The position numbers and the translations under genes are program-made. Positions 36,993-39,181 of a stretch of DNA of 39,181 nt are shown one piece after another (within the stretch, counting starts at the first letter, position 1; each line of letters begins with the position of its first letter). Source of the stretch: Coprothermobacterota bacterium (GTDB lineage: Bacteria; Coprothermobacterota; HKB111); assembly GCA_037440465.1 (NCBI GenBank), contig JBBIUB010000011.1, positions 1-39,181 of the forward strand, given 5' to 3'. The notes under the pieces are model-generated. The model saw nothing but the letters and a program-made list of their open reading frames with translations. It did not search any database and was not told the DNA's origin.

Positions 36993-38117
36993 CTAAAAAA
37001 CAATGGACCCCAGAACAATTAGATACATTTGCCCAGTATCTTCTTTGTATTTATTCAGGGTTACTGGGACACCGGCTACATCTTCAAGTGATTTCTTAAT
37101 TGCCGTAATGTCACCTTTTACTGCCTTACCTTCCACTATAGAAACGAGATAGTCAACCGCAGCCACAGTGCAAACCAGGTTAACAGGAGCAGGCCAGGTA
37201 GCAAAACGTCCAGCTCCACCCTTCTTCTCAATTTCTAATTTTATCTGTTCACAGATGTAAACCATATCACCAGCTTTGTCTGGAGGAATCTGAATCCCAA
37301 GAGCTCCTGGATAACCGTGAGTAGGGCTTGGGCAGCATTGTTCTGCAAAAATGCCTCCACCCTCCATGGTAGCTTTAATTAATGGCTCTTGCATACCACA
37401 GTTAGTACTGAAAAAACAAGTATCTTTACCATACTTACTTATTTGTCTGGGAACATCTTCCAGAATAAACTGCTGGGCTCCTGCCAAACCGCCTTCTCCC
37501 GTGGGGTCAGGAGCGGTTACGAATACAAACTGCAAACCCTGAGCTCTGCATTCTTCTTCCATCAGATTTCTTCTTTCAGCCAGGAGAACATAAGACATAT
37601 GCCTAGGGAAAGAATAATGAATAAATGTTTTCGCACCCATCGTTTTAGCTTGTCGGATAATAGATTTTCCTCTGAATAGCTCATCTGGTTGAATGGAATA
37701 AAAAACTTCCTGATTAACAGTGTCCGGATCTTCATGGGGGGTCACAAAACCTACCAGTATATCAGGCCTGGTTTCTAATACCTTCCTTAAAGCTGGCAGT
37801 GCGCCAGGTACAGCCTGACTGATAACGATTACTTTTACATCCGGATTTGCTGCCAGACTGGTAATCTGAGATATTGTTGTCTCCTGCTCAGCCATGAAGT
37901 TATCAGGATAAGTGAGATGTATAACTCTTTCAGAACCATATTTAGCAATGACTCTTTCTGCACCTCTGTATTCATCTTCTCCTTGAGCAACAGTTCCTGT
38001 TACAATTCCAATTTTGAAAGGTTGTTCAACCTCTTCCACTTCCTTCGGTCTGGTTGCATAATACACGATACCTGCAACCACAATTACTACTACAAGAATC
38101 CAAACCCAATTCTTCAT
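36993..38117 (-). CDS. ABC substrate-binding protein, DUF3798-like
   Basis: N-terminal TM anchor; KIGIVTGTV.QGEDEYR, TYPDNFMAEQETTI, HYSFPRHMSY, APDPT, QCCPSPTHGYPGALG. Confidence 0.85.
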   Translation of the reverse strand: MKNWVWILVVVIVVAGIVYYATRPKEVEEVEQPFKIGIVTGTVAQGEDEYRGAERVIAKYGSERVIHLTYPDNFMAEQETTISQITSLAANPDVKVIVISQAVPGALPALRKVLETRPDILVGFVTPHEDPDTVNQEVFYSIQPDELFRGKSIIRQAKTMGAKTFIHYSFPRHMSYVLLAERRNLMEEECRAQGLQFVFVTAPDPTGEGGLAGAQQFILEDVPRQISKYGKDTCFFSTNCGMQEPLIKATMEGGGIFAEQCCPSPTHGYPGALGIQIPPDKAGDMVYICEQIKLEIEKKGGAGRFATWPAPVNLVCTVAAVDYLVSIVEGKAVKGDITAIKKSLEDVAGVPVTLNKYKEDTGQMYLIVLGSIVF

Positions 38118-38253
38118 AGTATTACCTCCATAATAATATTTTCTGGCTCCTCCTAAAAAAAGAGCGCCAATTTATTATATAACAAAAAATCATGAAGAAA
38201 TTAAAAAATTATATTTAAAGTAGTTGCTGAACTGGTAAGTTGTACAATAGAAA

Positions 38254-38430
38254 TCAAGGGATCCAGGGGTCAAGTGAAAGATATTAACAAAAGGAAACAA
38301 GGATTCAAGGGGCATAGGATTCCAGTGAAAGATTTGAGATTTTATGATTTAAAACTCGTCACACGCCAAATGTCACATATCACTCGTCACTGGTCCTCGA
38401 ATCCTCGAATCTTCGAGCCCTACTTAATAA
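38254..38430. repeat. Nested octamer/heptamer inverted array (element D, reverse orientation to A and B)
   Basis: CAAGGATT CAAGGGGC ATAGGATT CCAGTGA ... CTCGTCA CACGCCA AATGTCA CATATCA CTCG TCACTGG TCC TCGAATCC TCGAATCT TCGAGCCC TACTTAATAA. Confidence 0.85.
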
Positions 38431-38448
38431 CAAAATTAAGTTCAAAAA

Positions 38449-39120
38449 CTAATACCTCGGTTTGTGAGGGTTGGTTTTTATTAGCTCACCTGTTACCAGA
38501 TAATAAACCCGTTCCCCCATATTTGTAGCGTGGTCTCCTATCCTTTCGAGATGTTGTGAAACCATTAAAAGAGCGTTTGCTCTCCTGATGTTCTTTGAGT
38601 CTTCCAGCATATAAGAAAGAAGTTCCCGGAAAATTTGATTATTTAAACCATCCAGTAGATCATCTTTCTCTATCAAATTCAGAGCTAACTGAGCACTTCT
38701 TTCGGTAAAAGCCTTTAACGCCTCATTTAGCATCTCAGAGCAGGTATCTCTCATTCTGGGAACATCAATTAATGGTTTAAGTAAAGGTTCATCTGCAATA
38801 TCCATAGTAATTTCAGATATGTCTACTGCATGGTCAGCCATTCTTTCCAGGTCAACATTCATAAATAGGATAGCTAATATTAACCTGAGATCGCTACCGG
38901 TAGGCTGCTGGGTAGCAAGTAAATTTGCTGTCTCCATCTCAAGTTCAAGTGATAGCTTATCAATATAATCATCCACTTCAATAATTTCCATAGCAAGCCT
39001 TTTATCTCTTATTTTAAGAGCTTCTATGGATTTATTGATAGCCTTATCTACCTCATTCCCGAGAATAAGCAAGTCTCTCTCAAGACTTTGAAGTCTTCTT
39101 GAAAATGTCTCTCTGCCCAT
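38449..39120 (-). CDS. phoU: Phosphate signalling complex protein PhoU
   Basis: QQPTGSDLR, DLERMADHA, KPLIDVPRM, HLERIGDHATNMGE.V.YLVTG. Confidence 0.97.
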   Translation of the reverse strand: MGRETFSRRLQSLERDLLILGNEVDKAINKSIEALKIRDKRLAMEIIEVDDYIDKLSLELEMETANLLATQQPTGSDLRLILAILFMNVDLERMADHAVDISEITMDIADEPLLKPLIDVPRMRDTCSEMLNEALKAFTERSAQLALNLIEKDDLLDGLNNQIFRELLSYMLEDSKNIRRANALLMVSQHLERIGDHATNMGERVYYLVTGELIKTNPHKPRY

Positions 39121-39181
39121 TATTTCTTCACCTCCTGTTTAACCAAACCTTCCTGTAACATAATCATTAGTTCTTTTATCT

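Noticed and set aside
38274..38528. 84-aa plus-strand ORF
   Set aside because: It is a translation of repeat element D that runs antisense into phoU, with no protein-like features.

Overview
AT-rich bacterial chromosomal window, probably from an anaerobe (inferred from gene content). Positions ~1-27,900 are one nearly gap-free minus-strand run. In transcription order it holds hutU, lemA, htpX, ychF, a GNAT, asnS, tRNA-Gln, glmU, prs, pth, mfd, ileS, surE, obg, nadD, rsfS, rnpB, metG, tatD, a ferredoxin, a Nudix hydrolase, an allantoinase-like and an SsnA-like amidohydrolase, a MoaD/ThiS protein, a 73-aa ORF and an SNF2 helicase that is missing from the ORF track and runs off the left edge. 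A plus-strand block (~27,980-32,050) carries a GH3 pseudogene, a tyrosine phenol-lyase/tryptophanase-family lyase and an NhaC-family transporter. Then come a minus-strand DEDD exonuclease, a DUF3798-type ABC transporter operon and phoU. The most notable unexplained signal is a family of four intergenic elements built from nested, inverted 8-mer/7-mer tandem arrays. Other notable points are a possible defence-system helicase, an Obg with a degenerate G3 motif, a lyase with TPL-type residues, and rsfS overlapping rnpB with a probable CTG start. No complete novel system can be demonstrated from this window alone.
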